Shown: one piece after another, positions 48,401 through 58,798 of the stretch
Position numbering within the stretch: the stretch's first letter is position 1
How the letters are laid out: every line of letters begins with the position of its first letter
Virus record (IMG/VR): IMGVR_UViG_3300045995_000471
DNA length: 64,000 nucleotides
Direction: 5' to 3' (one strand)
From: an uncultured virus (IMG/VR IMGVR_UViG_3300045995_000471)
Taxonomy: Duplodnaviria; Heunggongvirae; Uroviricota; Caudoviricetes
Position numbers and translations under genes: made by a program
Notes under the pieces: model-generated
Told to the model about the DNA's origin: nothing
The model's input: the letters and a program-made list of their open reading frames with translations, nothing else
The model's database searches: none

Positions 48401-51400
48401 GCACCTTTAGACGTATACACTGTTGTCCATTGAGAATTATCAGTAGATCCTAGAATTCTAAAATCGTAAGGAATAGCACGATAAAAGGTATCCTTAAGGT
48501 GTCCTATAAAACGTACCCCCTGGACCACAACAAAACTGCCCATATCAATCTGAATCCACGGAGGAGTCCATGGTATAGACGGACTGGAATCATAATACAC
48601 AAAATCGGTTCCAAAAACCTTCCAGGCATTAGCAGAATCAGGCATACTAGAAGTAACCACAAAAGGACTAGGACTACCAGATGAAGTCATAATTGGAACC
48701 AGTGCATTGGATGTCGAAGTATAGATTTGATCCCTTTCAGAAATGACTACTGGTCCAATTAAATAATTAGAATCAGTTTTATAGGCGGGCAAAGGTAAAG
48801 CGGTTCCAATCAATGATAATTGTCCTAGTGCAACACAATATGATGGTTGAGAAGGATGGACATTGGTAACATAGAGCCTATAATACCTATAAGCCCCAGG
48901 AGTTCGTATCTGAAGAGGAAGACTCCATCCGCATTCCCCATATTCTGCGGTATCCTGCCGTTTATCCAAAACTGTCCAGTCGTTATCAGCAGCAGTATTT
49001 GACCCGTGTAACTCGAAACTTGCGGGGGTTGCCCCAAAGCCGTCAGACTGGGTTCCCCAAACATGTGACGGATTTTGTAGTTGGTAATAATATATAAACA
49101 CGGGTATAGCAAAGTCAAAGGCTAACCATTGTGGAAGTTGATAATCGTAAGCACTTACACTAGAGCACCAGCGGTCAGTGGAAGTAGGATTATAGGGGTA
49201 TTTACATGTACCATCAAAAGCCTGCCACGCATACCCTCCACCAGCAGCAATATTAGTATATTCCGAAGATGCCCAACACCTATAAGGTGCGGGTGTATTA
49301 TAATCAGACATTGGTGGGTGTGTACCAGAGGTGAGAATAAACGGGTCTATATGATTCCAGGTTTCATAGTCCTCTGACCAGTTGAATGTAAAAACGGAAC
49401 CTGATTTAGTAACCCGCATCCAGATCTCATCGGTAACTGCACCCTTGCGGGGAACATAAACACGATCCCATGGGCTTTGGTGGCAATAATTTATGATTCC
49501 ATCTGCTGAAGTCACCAACTGATAAAATTTGGATGGATCATTCTCGTAAGTTAACATCAATCCAACATATTGCCCCCGCAAATCTCCTAATCGCTCTGCA
49601 GCAAATTTAGTTTCTACCGTCCAACTATAAAGACCGGAAGGTATAGTTATATAGGAAAAAGGTGCAGTGTATTTACCACTAGGAGTAGGTACCAGACTAG
49701 AACCTCCGCCAGGAGCTTGCCATACCCCGCTAACTGTTGCCAGCTCAAAAACTTTGGTTCCATTTACTGCCGCAACCGGATCATAGTGATAAGCACTCTT
49801 TTCTAATACATTGAGCGCTCCAGCGAAGGAAGCCTGTGTTATATATTGATGATATCCCGACCCAACAATATTAGAATAATCAAGATCTACAACAACACTT
49901 GCTCCTTGATTTATCATGGCCAAAGTAGTATTTTGCGGATTTGCTACGGTCCAACCCTTTCCTGATGTGGTTACATATTTAGAACCAGTTATTGTGGGCT
50001 GAGTTTTAAAATTGAACTGATCAAAACAGAAATTATCCTCTTTCAGATACGGGCTAGAGCGGAGTTGATATTGTATAACCACACTAATCTGTCCGGACGT
50101 ATCTGGAACGACTGCATCGCTGTAGAGTTTTAAAACTCTGTCTAAGTCTGAAACAGTAGAATACATATGTCCGTGAGTTAAACTTATAGACCCAGAACCA
50201 GCAGTTTCAAATGGTTTTATAAAATCAGTTTGAGAAGAATCAGCACCTATGCTATAACGGGGGCAGTAACGTACTCCGAAGGCACCGCCACCACCGTAAG
50301 TAGACCATCCAGTTATACCTAGCCCTGTCCCTTTATCCCCGGAGGCCCAAGCTTGACTTCCAGGACCACCTTGAGATATACTAGCAGCACAAATACCAAT
50401 CCTCCAGACACCACTCGTTGATATCAAATAAGGGTTAGGAAGTTGGTCCCATTGTAAATGATTAGCTGCCTTAGTAGTTGACAGTATATTATACAAATCA
50501 AACTGAGTTGCAGTAATTTCTCGACACATTTTCCATATTATTGGCCTAGGAGTAAGGCTCGTGGAATAACTTCCTACATAAGAGATAAAACGCCCATTAT
50601 AAAGGGAAGTGTCTAAACGATTAATTGATGTCTCAATACTCCCCGACCAGTCCACGCCTAAATTAATAGCATTATCTTGTGCATCCCCATAACCTCCTCT
50701 AGAACCCGATATCACCGCTATGCTAATATTCTTTATTTCACAATTAGCCGGTAATGTACAAAGTGTCATGGGAAATGCTCCACTAATCACAGTAATATTG
50801 CCTGACCATGTAGTTATCTCTGGGGGAGCCGAATACGGTGCCCCCTCTGTATACTGGTACAGCCACGCACGAGTCTTTGAGGACTTAATTGGAAAACCAT
50901 AATCTTTAATGGTAAAATGCCCTCGTGGTGGATGGTATGCCGCAAATGCCGGATCCACCATCCGGGTATTCCTGGCAGGTAATACATCTATATACTCAGG
51001 ACCCGTCAGATGATAGACCAGTTGGTTAAAATTAGCTGCCGTAGAGTCCGGTGTAATAATTACCAAAGGCTCTGTCCATCGCTTTAGAATGTAGAAGTTT
51101 TGCACATTATTACTGGTGGTAGATGGGCCTTGATTATAAATAGGTACATCCCCACGTATGTCAAAGAATAGAGCATTAGGTTCCAGACCTACTGTATTTA
51201 TATCCATTTCTGATATAGTTATCCAGTTGGTACTTGAGTTTCCATAATTGGTTAAAAATTGTATGCGGTAGTGAGGATAGCGTACAGTCCAAGGAAAGGT
51301 TGCCCAATCAGCCCATGAATTATTAGATGGAGGTGCCGGGGAAGTGATATCAAATAGATATTCCCAGTCTGAATCTGTAGTGGTAGTGGGACTCATCAGG

Positions 51401-53922
51401 TTGGAACCACATATTCTCATAGTTTTAGGAAAATCAGTTAGCCAAAAGTTCACACTACTATAAGCTCTAAATCTAATTGCTTTCCAGCCGGTTCTGGTAG
51501 TGGGCCAATTTAAAGGATAAGAAACTCTTAGGTAATAAGCAGCATTAGCAGGGGGGCCCGTATTTTCGTAATATGAAGCAGCATTACCGTCTTTTAGATT
51601 AGCGGGCACATTACCGCCATTTGCGGTATTAGCCGACAGGGTTCCAGATGCAAGGGGCCATGGCGGTATAGGCTCTTCACAATAACATGTATTGGCCCCT
51701 ACCCACCCACTAGAGCGCCTGATAATATTAAACGTAGCCTGGTCAAGTTTTCGAGAGACCACATTTAAACCTATTTGAATTCGATAACTTATTTTCTGAA
51801 ATCTTACTGATACCCCGGAAGGAGTACCTTGTTGATACTGTGCATAAGTAATACTACGTAAACCACCTGAAATATTACTTAGACTAGAATCTCCAGAAGT
51901 CGTAGTAGATGAAATCATATCCACATTAGCATCAGATTTATAATAACCCTGTAAATAAAACCATGCTACTTGGGATACTTTATTAACCATCTTTAGGCTT
52001 TCTTCTCCTGTGAGCCATCTACTCCAGTGCGCTACCTCATCCAACACAAAAGAACCACTGGCAGGTTGAGGGTAGGGATCAAAATAATTCATACCATCAG
52101 AAGTAATAAAGGACACAGCACCCGTCCCAGAGCCTACAGTCAATCCCCTTTCCTGGCTTCCATTTACCCACCAACAATACTCTCCAGGAGCAGCATTAGG
52201 TTTTGTTCCAAACTGCAATAGATACCATTTAGATGGGTCCCAAGTGTGTGTAGAAGTTCCCGCCGCGAAGCCGTCCCTATTTGTGTGTAACCAAATTCTA
52301 CTATCAGTTCTCACTCCCACAGTCCCAGAAACACTAGTTTCATTATAAGAGATCCATATACGGCCTGGTACTTCTGGATCACCGACTCCGGCGGGCTTGA
52401 CCCCTCTAACAAATTCGATATAATTATAGGTAACTACGGGAGCAGCACCGGTAGGGTTATAGCTTTGTAGTCCTATGCGCATGCTACTACTCCATAGGGA
52501 ACAATCCATGTAGTATATAGGCCATATCCAAGAATAAGAAATAGGATCGAGATACCTAAAATAGACAGTCTGACCAACCTTCTTCATACCAAACTTGAAT
52601 GAACTATTACCATACCATATATCAGAAGCACATGTATAGGAATAGTTTCCAGTTTGTGCTTTTATATCAAAAGAATACTGACCTCTTGCTACTACAACAA
52701 AAGAACAATAATTATTAAGGGAGGTACTATTAAAGAATATAAAACCAGCAGCCTGATCTGTAATAGCAGGAGTTGGTATAAAGAATTCAGTTTCTATATC
52801 CCAATCCCAAGATTTATCTATAGGGAAGTATAAGGTGGCGGATGTGTTTGTATTACTAAACCAATTCGTATTAGAATTGCCTTGGATCCTAAGAACACTG
52901 TCATCAAGATCAACATACTTTACTTGTAATTTAATCGTGTTAATGGTAGTACCTAAAGTTATGCCATTACCAACTAAATTATTAGGTGCAGATCTGTCAT
53001 TAAAAGATGCACTACTACTATTCGAACCAATATTGAGTGGTAGGTAGAAACCAGGATAGTAAGTAGCTCCATCATCGGGTACATAATACGGGGAAGTCAG
53101 GACAAATGTCTGTGATCCTCCTCCGTTGTGGGTAAAAGACTCCAGATCTATTATATCAAATACATTACCACTGGTGTTCTTCATAATCTTAAGTGATAAA
53201 AGAGCTGAAGAAGAAGAATATATAGTAAAACTTTCTATAACTCTATTGTTGATAAGAGGCCCATAACTTCTAGACACGACGGTACGTGGCCCATTAGTAA
53301 TAGTAGTTCCTGCCTGTACACCTTTTGAGGCTACACATATCTGACAGGGGTTTAATAAGTACCACCCTTGATATGGAGATGAAATTTTATAGTCCCAAGG
53401 ATTTATAAAGTGATCTCCATAGAAATCGTGGGTACCCATAATGGTAAAGGAAGTATTACTACCTGAGACTAATAAAGTGGTGGGTTTAAACCAGAAGGTG
53501 CACATATAATTATTCCCACTTTGTGTGGGAAGAGTGGGCACATTAATATGACCGTAAGGATACTGGCCAAGGCTTCGACCATATCCAGTTCTACCCCGAA
53601 CAGGTATAGTACCTATAGCATATGCTGTATAGCCATTCCCTGAGTTATCTTCTATTCTGATTCCAGTTTCTTGCAGAGAATGATAGCAAATAAGACCATC
53701 TTTTATATCCGTAGGACTCAGAGGTATTGAGTCTCCTATAGCCTGCACATAGAGAGGAAGATTAGCAATACCACTACTACAAGCATCTACACTATAAACT
53801 CCGGAAGGATTGGGTAAAATATATGAGTAAGTATAATTTACAGAGTGACTCCCAGATACAGCAGTACCATCAGGTAATAGCGTGCCTGTTGAAGTTATGG
53901 TCCCACTTACAGTATGAGGCAT
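45448..53922 (-). CDS. Giant (2824 aa) multi-lectin tail fibre/adhesin-like protein (LamG, about four F5/8C discoidin, ConA-like and Ig-like modules)
   Basis: DNSGNG/FWFKP/LDEVAHWSR (LamG); AFDG..W..P..F.L.GS...W....YRYYRL (discoidin); DTNAP..P.P...V (Big_5-like). Confidence 0.8.
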   Translation of the reverse strand: MPHTVSGTITSTGTLLPDGTAVSGSHSVNYTYSYILPNPSGVYSVDACSSGIANLPLYVQAIGDSIPLSPTDIKDGLICYHSLQETGIRIEDNSGNGYTAYAIGTIPVRGRTGYGRSLGQYPYGHINVPTLPTQSGNNYMCTFWFKPTTLLVSGSNTSFTIMGTHDFYGDHFINPWDYKISSPYQGWYLLNPCQICVASKGVQAGTTITNGPRTVVSRSYGPLINNRVIESFTIYSSSSALLSLKIMKNTSGNVFDIIDLESFTHNGGGSQTFVLTSPYYVPDDGATYYPGFYLPLNIGSNSSSASFNDRSAPNNLVGNGITLGTTINTIKLQVKYVDLDDSVLRIQGNSNTNWFSNTNTSATLYFPIDKSWDWDIETEFFIPTPAITDQAAGFIFFNSTSLNNYCSFVVVARGQYSFDIKAQTGNYSYTCASDIWYGNSSFKFGMKKVGQTVYFRYLDPISYSWIWPIYYMDCSLWSSSMRIGLQSYNPTGAAPVVTYNYIEFVRGVKPAGVGDPEVPGRIWISYNETSVSGTVGVRTDSRIWLHTNRDGFAAGTSTHTWDPSKWYLLQFGTKPNAAPGEYCWWVNGSQERGLTVGSGTGAVSFITSDGMNYFDPYPQPASGSFVLDEVAHWSRWLTGEESLKMVNKVSQVAWFYLQGYYKSDANVDMISSTTTSGDSSLSNISGGLRSITYAQYQQGTPSGVSVRFQKISYRIQIGLNVVSRKLDQATFNIIRRSSGWVGANTCYCEEPIPPWPLASGTLSANTANGGNVPANLKDGNAASYYENTGPPANAAYYLRVSYPLNWPTTRTGWKAIRFRAYSSVNFWLTDFPKTMRICGSNLMSPTTTTDSDWEYLFDITSPAPPSNNSWADWATFPWTVRYPHYRIQFLTNYGNSSTNWITISEMDINTVGLEPNALFFDIRGDVPIYNQGPSTTSNNVQNFYILKRWTEPLVIITPDSTAANFNQLVYHLTGPEYIDVLPARNTRMVDPAFAAYHPPRGHFTIKDYGFPIKSSKTRAWLYQYTEGAPYSAPPEITTWSGNITVISGAFPMTLCTLPANCEIKNISIAVISGSRGGYGDAQDNAINLGVDWSGSIETSINRLDTSLYNGRFISYVGSYSTSLTPRPIIWKMCREITATQFDLYNILSTTKAANHLQWDQLPNPYLISTSGVWRIGICAASISQGGPGSQAWASGDKGTGLGITGWSTYGGGGAFGVRYCPRYSIGADSSQTDFIKPFETAGSGSISLTHGHMYSTVSDLDRVLKLYSDAVVPDTSGQISVVIQYQLRSSPYLKEDNFCFDQFNFKTQPTITGSKYVTTSGKGWTVANPQNTTLAMINQGASVVVDLDYSNIVGSGYHQYITQASFAGALNVLEKSAYHYDPVAAVNGTKVFELATVSGVWQAPGGGSSLVPTPSGKYTAPFSYITIPSGLYSWTVETKFAAERLGDLRGQYVGLMLTYENDPSKFYQLVTSADGIINYCHQSPWDRVYVPRKGAVTDEIWMRVTKSGSVFTFNWSEDYETWNHIDPFILTSGTHPPMSDYNTPAPYRCWASSEYTNIAAGGGYAWQAFDGTCKYPYNPTSTDRWCSSVSAYDYQLPQWLAFDFAIPVFIYYYQLQNPSHVWGTQSDGFGATPASFELHGSNTAADNDWTVLDKRQDTAEYGECGWSLPLQIRTPGAYRYYRLYVTNVHPSQPSYCVALGQLSLIGTALPLPAYKTDSNYLIGPVVISERDQIYTSTSNALVPIMTSSGSPSPFVVTSSMPDSANAWKVFGTDFVYYDSSPSIPWTPPWIQIDMGSFVVVQGVRFIGHLKDTFYRAIPYDFRILGSTDNSQWTTVYTSKGARGYNASAGNAYVPSADMNLFLEFPNNTPYRYYRLYIDTPGAFWNTPRTIPNALWFSNLQFKGVTTNRQEVTSAYTHASFDYVKVTTTSGLESITIGDDWELMLDGKAAVNSGANTCVTALSVIDPSTYYFSYYPKTSFDPGASVFVRVKAEESPSFRLTYDKSKCFFYASVSGSQANLPFTSHLGEVTTSGGPALSYLWDESPYTISIYAMTTSGYAPPNYITTTTGIVYEGQYAISKTASGCYLETQKLDASLFNGDWTFHVWLNAQAQAYTSPPKLTYSQNNYLDNKNFAKAFDGNPSTICCLTWGQEPTTTIITPNSASASYGSLIADSPWQFDAVRFLPTQEASWWNGHYPRNVWLYYSDDDTTYTRAQAWVIPSAPSSMSQWGDWLIVNPPIGAHRFYRLYIGQPQGWVGYGNQAEFSECQVRSAGTAIIPPSTLFSIKNSDTTEALRCDFGMGGGMGVYQNNMLVGSSDVINYTGNNWAHFAVVKKGPWVNTFFNGIKLGGNITLSGTLCTTGSGYIDFFNNYTGYVDMIVMEKGARWISDFYTAEQFDEIFTFKPASPIDLDINFGIVPDTNAPIVIPITPLPMASGVCPASGIVFEILDDFSGVKWEQTYINIGDFTVWSGGNNMTEWCDDRGTLTYEDLGKAQGEWADIQLTESGVVYTEGINRQLYPPGTIYDDSGAWGRRFTYYAPNDTQILYFGKTVAVVISGTDSVGYGSQFDALQPNRFANSYSFEFIPNDNIEFGNVFLNKGESKRIDELNARGEHFWVDLLDSDYPETDIAESECSLTWSDGFSEFVCSGTWFTTWTGNEWTGSSGIVMHRMHWDPNNDWNWKGNRAIQLTVEAHNNNPTCSVYNVNDYIIYYGWQTSWFHQAIKDLYPAWDFNHKLPIFVSIKTDLFAPGLLNKSYMFWTSPGYKADFYVTLTPKPIPKDDLKIGILAYSQFLQYSEDVEIEVSCKDLDGNEMVYVWKFRTQDKPN

Positions 53923-53924
53923 GA

Positions 53925-55136
53925 TTAAATCTCATTCACAACGACCGCAACGTTACTGATTCCAACGTTGGCTCCCGTGGTAAATTTAGTATAGGCCTTT
54001 CCAGACCCGTCTGTATATGCCCATGCAGGAAATACTCCACCATCACCAGAAGAAACCCAGAATTGTACTAATTTTCCCGACAATGTAGTTCCCCAGCAAT
54101 TAGCAACATTTGCAATAATATCAGCCTGAGCACCTATTCCGGCAGGCATTACCGTGTCTGAGGAGTTTACATTCAAGAAAGCCGCCAGATTAGAATCTAT
54201 GTTAAACACATTGAGGTTTGCTGCCGTAGCAACTGCTCTATATTCTGATGAGACCGACCCAGATGCGGTAACTCCAGTTACAGTAGTAGGGCCAGCGTAG
54301 GAGGCCGGTTTGATATAATGTAAGGAACTGGGATCTAACTGATTTATAAATAATGGTTCTTTCGCATAACCATAGTCGTTAATACTTAACATGGCCCAGC
54401 GGGTAGGAACATAGGCCATAGTAGCACAATCTATACTTCTTACATAAAGAGAATCTATTGCTGTATCATACCAACTATATATTAAATACCCAGACGAGGT
54501 AGTTCCTGAAGCGGGTTGGAAAGCCAAATTTCTACACCCCACCCCATTTCCATAATGAAAAGCATTGGTTACTTTGGGAACAGAGGCTTTGATTGAGGCC
54601 CAATCTCCAGAAATGTCCTGATTAAATTTGTATAAATTTGCACCAACTTTTACGAAGATATTATCCTTCGTAGAGGCTAATCCTACATAACCACTTACTG
54701 CGGTCGTCCACCAGTTAGCCCATTGTCCGTCTCCGTCGAACCCAGAAACCATGAGTGAAGGATTACTTCCAGTTGCATCACATTTATACATGCTGTATGT
54801 ATTACCTATTACTAGAGAAGGATCCATAGTTAGGTATACAAATTTTTGTTCATCCTGTAACCATGTTATATCTATAATATTCTTATAGGAAATTCCTCCA
54901 GAACCAACAGTAAACTGAGCTGCTGGGGTACCATCCATATTCCAGTATTTTAGAGTACAGGGAGGGGCTCCCCCGGAGGAGCCATCCCGGTGCTGGACTC
55001 GGATTATTTGCTCTGTATTATGTATTACCCTATGCAAAAAATAGAAGAAACCTGAGCCGGTAGTACCGACCATTTCTGAGTAAAAACCCGTAAAGTTCTT
55101 TTGTAAATCATATGATGATATCTTCCCTACCTGCAT
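53925..55136 (-). CDS. Putative virion protein with C-terminal invasin-type Ig (Big_1-like) domain
   Basis: ANVANCWGTTLSGKLVQF...YTDGSGKAYTKFTTG. Confidence 0.7.
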   Translation of the reverse strand: MQVGKISSYDLQKNFTGFYSEMVGTTGSGFFYFLHRVIHNTEQIIRVQHRDGSSGGAPPCTLKYWNMDGTPAAQFTVGSGGISYKNIIDITWLQDEQKFVYLTMDPSLVIGNTYSMYKCDATGSNPSLMVSGFDGDGQWANWWTTAVSGYVGLASTKDNIFVKVGANLYKFNQDISGDWASIKASVPKVTNAFHYGNGVGCRNLAFQPASGTTSSGYLIYSWYDTAIDSLYVRSIDCATMAYVPTRWAMLSINDYGYAKEPLFINQLDPSSLHYIKPASYAGPTTVTGVTASGSVSSEYRAVATAANLNVFNIDSNLAAFLNVNSSDTVMPAGIGAQADIIANVANCWGTTLSGKLVQFWVSSGDGGVFPAWAYTDGSGKAYTKFTTGANVGISNVAVVVNEI

Positions 55137-55147
55137 ATCAACCTCCG

Positions 55148-57208
55148 TTACTTGAATCTGTATATTTTTGGATAGGATATTGGATCGTACTTTTTCTGAT
55201 CTATAGTAAACACAAGGCTATGTAAATTGGCTCCGCCTTTTCGCCCATATATATCAAGATGTATATCGTCCTTTAAACCTACCGGGAAAGCACAATAGTA
55301 AGGGTCGGGGTCCAAGATAATAGGAGCCTCCGCCGAGCTAGTTCTAAAACTCCAAGTAGCAAAAGCCCTGTTCTGGGCTGAAGACAAATCGGCTACCGTA
55401 ACAAAACAATCTATCCAAGAGTCATAATAGAATGCCTCTGGAGGAGTATAGACTACCTGATACCAATTATCACTGTATTTATATATATCTGGAATAACAA
55501 CCATGTTATTCACCGTGAAGGATAAAGTACTGATGTCCACCCCAAGACCTTCATCCATGACGTCAAATCTTATCCAGTGGCGTACATCAACATTATTCAT
55601 GAGATGATATGGATATTGATTTATGATCCGCGGAGGATAGAAATCATCTACGATATCAAACCAATAACTCAATTCTAAAGGATAGTCATCATAAGTATAT
55701 AGAATAGGATCACCAGCAATGAACTCATTTTGTAGAGCATTTACCATGATTTCCTCTGCCGAGTCTACTGCAATTACCTCATTAGATTCCGTGATTCCTA
55801 CTGGATTAGGCCCTAAGATCAGTTGACCACCACCTTGGAATTTAGAAGTATCAGGTACATGAATATATCGACTATAATTATGTGCATCATATAAAAAAGA
55901 TGTAACAAAACTAGGAGAAGCAGACACATAGACATAGACATATACTCGGCTATTAAGTAGAAAATTGACGGGGGGCTGGTAAAATAACTCAGCACCACCA
56001 GGAATAAATGTTATCTGTACTTGGTCTGTAACTTCAACACCATTCACTTTATAGACCAGAGTGTCCCAATTTAAGGCTATTGAAGGATTAGAAACCCTTT
56101 GCCAAATAGAAGTATACGGAATATTCCTAATAGAATAAGGGGCCGGAATAGCCCATGGTATAGGAATAAAGGTTTCTATTTTAGTGCTAGTCTGCATTCC
56201 TTCCTTGGTAAAAAGCATTGTCTCAGAATAACGCCCACCGCTTTGTGTGGTCTGGGAACCAATACTCTTATTACCCTCGATGTCTGGTACAGGAATAAAG
56301 ATGTTCTTCTCTTTATCGGCATACTTATATGAAAGAGGATCCCCATGAGCAAAGTCATACGGAGCAGGGCTGATTCTTACTTGTGCGGGTCCTGTAATCT
56401 GTTGTATTATGGCTACACCTGAAGCCCCCTGAACGTTGGGCCCCATATAAAATGTGCCCCCCGTATGTAGAAAATCGGTAGTTAGGAAAAATCCGGTAGA
56501 ACCATCCTCGTTTGTTGGTACCCACGGCATCCATAAATCTAGTATAGTAGACCCACTGACCACGGGATTATATACCCGCATATTAGTATCTTCATAAGCA
56601 GCCAGCGGCTCATAGATAGTAGAAAAACTAGCATATCCTGGGGAAAAAGCCATAGGAGCATGTTCAGTATTAAGTATTTGAAGAGCCTCTGGTGTAAAAT
56701 ATTGATTTAGTATGGCTGGGTCTACCTGAGGTGGCATTTGTATAGTAATAAAAGCACCAGGGCTACATACATCAGGTAAAGAAGGATCAGCAAATAGGAA
56801 ATAGGCAAAATCACTACCATAGCGAACAGCGCACCTAAAGCCACCTCCCTCTCCCCCTAGAAAATCCTGCAGATGTGAGGACATATAAGATACTTCGGCT
56901 GAGGTCAAGTGGGGTAATGCTCCCCTAACCTCAAATATGACTACCCTCCCCTCACCAGAAGCCGTTGTTCCTGGCATAGGCAAAGGAGTAACTGGGCGCT
57001 CTATCAAAGTTAGGTATGAATCTGCAGGACCAGTAACACCTGCTACAAAAGTATGATGAGCCCCATCGGTTCTATACCAATTCCAAACACCGTCATTGTC
57101 TGGGTCCAACCACTCTTGGGATCCCCAGACCCAACCCCAAGTATAACTTCTTATATATTGATTTGAAGTTTTGGAGGAAGCCCCCACTACTTGTATTGAT
57201 TTTTGCAT
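55148..57208 (-). CDS. Putative virion protein with repeated Big_5/SbsA-like Ig modules
   Basis: PPRIINQYP...WIRFDVMDEGLGVDISTLSF.VN...YTP...WSFRT and two related units. Confidence 0.7.
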   Translation of the reverse strand: MQKSIQVVGASSKTSNQYIRSYTWGWVWGSQEWLDPDNDGVWNWYRTDGAHHTFVAGVTGPADSYLTLIERPVTPLPMPGTTASGEGRVVIFEVRGALPHLTSAEVSYMSSHLQDFLGGEGGGFRCAVRYGSDFAYFLFADPSLPDVCSPGAFITIQMPPQVDPAILNQYFTPEALQILNTEHAPMAFSPGYASFSTIYEPLAAYEDTNMRVYNPVVSGSTILDLWMPWVPTNEDGSTGFFLTTDFLHTGGTFYMGPNVQGASGVAIIQQITGPAQVRISPAPYDFAHGDPLSYKYADKEKNIFIPVPDIEGNKSIGSQTTQSGGRYSETMLFTKEGMQTSTKIETFIPIPWAIPAPYSIRNIPYTSIWQRVSNPSIALNWDTLVYKVNGVEVTDQVQITFIPGGAELFYQPPVNFLLNSRVYVYVYVSASPSFVTSFLYDAHNYSRYIHVPDTSKFQGGGQLILGPNPVGITESNEVIAVDSAEEIMVNALQNEFIAGDPILYTYDDYPLELSYWFDIVDDFYPPRIINQYPYHLMNNVDVRHWIRFDVMDEGLGVDISTLSFTVNNMVVIPDIYKYSDNWYQVVYTPPEAFYYDSWIDCFVTVADLSSAQNRAFATWSFRTSSAEAPIILDPDPYYCAFPVGLKDDIHLDIYGRKGGANLHSLVFTIDQKKYDPISYPKIYRFK

Positions 57209-58788
57209 TATGGTTGTACTATGGCTACAATTGTTACTAATCCTGCTTTAGTTCCTGCTCTCCATTTTATTACAGCTTGTCCTCCCATAGATGGAGGGCC
57301 ATCTAAATAAGAGGATTGGGTACCAGTAATTACCTCAGCTTGTTTGTGGGGTGCAGCATCAAGCCAGGTAAAACTTCCCTGCACACAACGTGATACAGGA
57401 ATGGGATCATCATCAGGACATTTAAAATACCCTACTGCCTGTGCATCTGTAGCCGATACACCAAAGACAAGACGCTTGCCATTTATAGGTGCTCCGTACT
57501 GGTCTCTTACAGTAGCCCATATAAGAGCTGCGTCTACCCCATTGGCAACTACCAAAGCTGGTTCTGCGGTCAAAGCAATTGATGTTACCATAGGTTTCAT
57601 AACTGAAACAACATAATTATATGGGCCTATAGTAAAAGCTGCCTCAATACTCGTACCATAGGTATAATCTGTCTGAAGCCGGTATATATTCGAGGTAGTG
57701 CAAGTTGTAGTATTTATGGATTGAGCTATATCATAAATAGTGTGTAAAGTAATTCTATCATTCTTAATAGCAGTATCCATTATCATAGAGGCCACGTTTT
57801 CCTTAAACTCTAGATTTACTCTACCGGTATAGTCAAATCCTGTAGGCATCTGTCCAGTAATAGATGGCCCTGGATATGGTAAGGAGCTAGCCAAATTAGG
57901 ACGCTTAAATATTAATTGTTGCCCCCTAACGTAGGCTATAAGACCAGCGTACTTCCCCTGGTTTATACCAGCCAAATCTTCTACAGTAACAAAAACTGCA
58001 GCTTGGGTTTGTTCATAAATACCACTCTCGTGGCAACTCTTGAAAGTAGGTTCTAGTAGGTCTGTAGGATTACCACCAGGACTCTGAAACGGAATAGCAT
58101 ACCAATATAAGGCCGCCCCGGCCGAACCTTGGCTAGGAGATTCATTATTGAAGAAATATAAATCTCTCCGCAGTACGATCCTGTCTCCAGGATAAAACGT
58201 ATTTTGAGTTGATCCAATTGATCCAATCGCTCCATTAGTCCTAACAGTATAATAATCTGGATCTCCGGCGGCAGCCACTTGAACCTCTTGTGTAATATTT
58301 TGTGTAGCAGAAATTAAATAAAATCTATCAGATACTTGAAAGAATGCGGCTCTAGGATGTCTAAGTTTTATACTATCAGGCCTAGATGTACCATACCCAC
58401 AGGCCTCTGTTATCGTATCCGTGTAACTTTCTATCGCAAAAGCTCCCCCATTGATATTTTCCGCTGTGCGAGCACGCAGTATCCATGAGTCCTGGAGTAC
58501 ACACATAAAATTTTGTATGAGCCACCTTCTAATTATTCTTTGGCTATTCTGATTAGGTGCATCTCCTTGTTCTAGAGACCAAAAGTTTATCCCATCAAAC
58601 TGCAAGGATAGGAAAGATCCTCCCTTAGCAGATAAATTCATTTCGTGACTAAGGGGAAAATTGGTTACTGGGTCCCCATAACTAGTTTTTTGCACTAACA
58701 TATTAGTGGGTGAGGGCATCATAGAATAAAAATACTGCCCATCGCAACAAAACCCAGGTGTCGATATTCTTACATTTTCATATGCCAT
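57208..58788 (-). CDS. Putative virion protein with C-terminal Big_1-like domain (paralog of 58799..60163)
   Basis: SLQFDGINFWSLE..IRRW; VVANGVDAALIWATVRDQYGAPINGK. Confidence 0.7.
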   Translation of the reverse strand: MAYENVRISTPGFCCDGQYFYSMMPSPTNMLVQKTSYGDPVTNFPLSHEMNLSAKGGSFLSLQFDGINFWSLEQGDAPNQNSQRIIRRWLIQNFMCVLQDSWILRARTAENINGGAFAIESYTDTITEACGYGTSRPDSIKLRHPRAAFFQVSDRFYLISATQNITQEVQVAAAGDPDYYTVRTNGAIGSIGSTQNTFYPGDRIVLRRDLYFFNNESPSQGSAGAALYWYAIPFQSPGGNPTDLLEPTFKSCHESGIYEQTQAAVFVTVEDLAGINQGKYAGLIAYVRGQQLIFKRPNLASSLPYPGPSITGQMPTGFDYTGRVNLEFKENVASMIMDTAIKNDRITLHTIYDIAQSINTTTCTTSNIYRLQTDYTYGTSIEAAFTIGPYNYVVSVMKPMVTSIALTAEPALVVANGVDAALIWATVRDQYGAPINGKRLVFGVSATDAQAVGYFKCPDDDPIPVSRCVQGSFTWLDAAPHKQAEVITGTQSSYLDGPPSMGGQAVIKWRAGTKAGLVTIVAIVQP

Positions 58789-58798
58789 ATTTTTCTCC

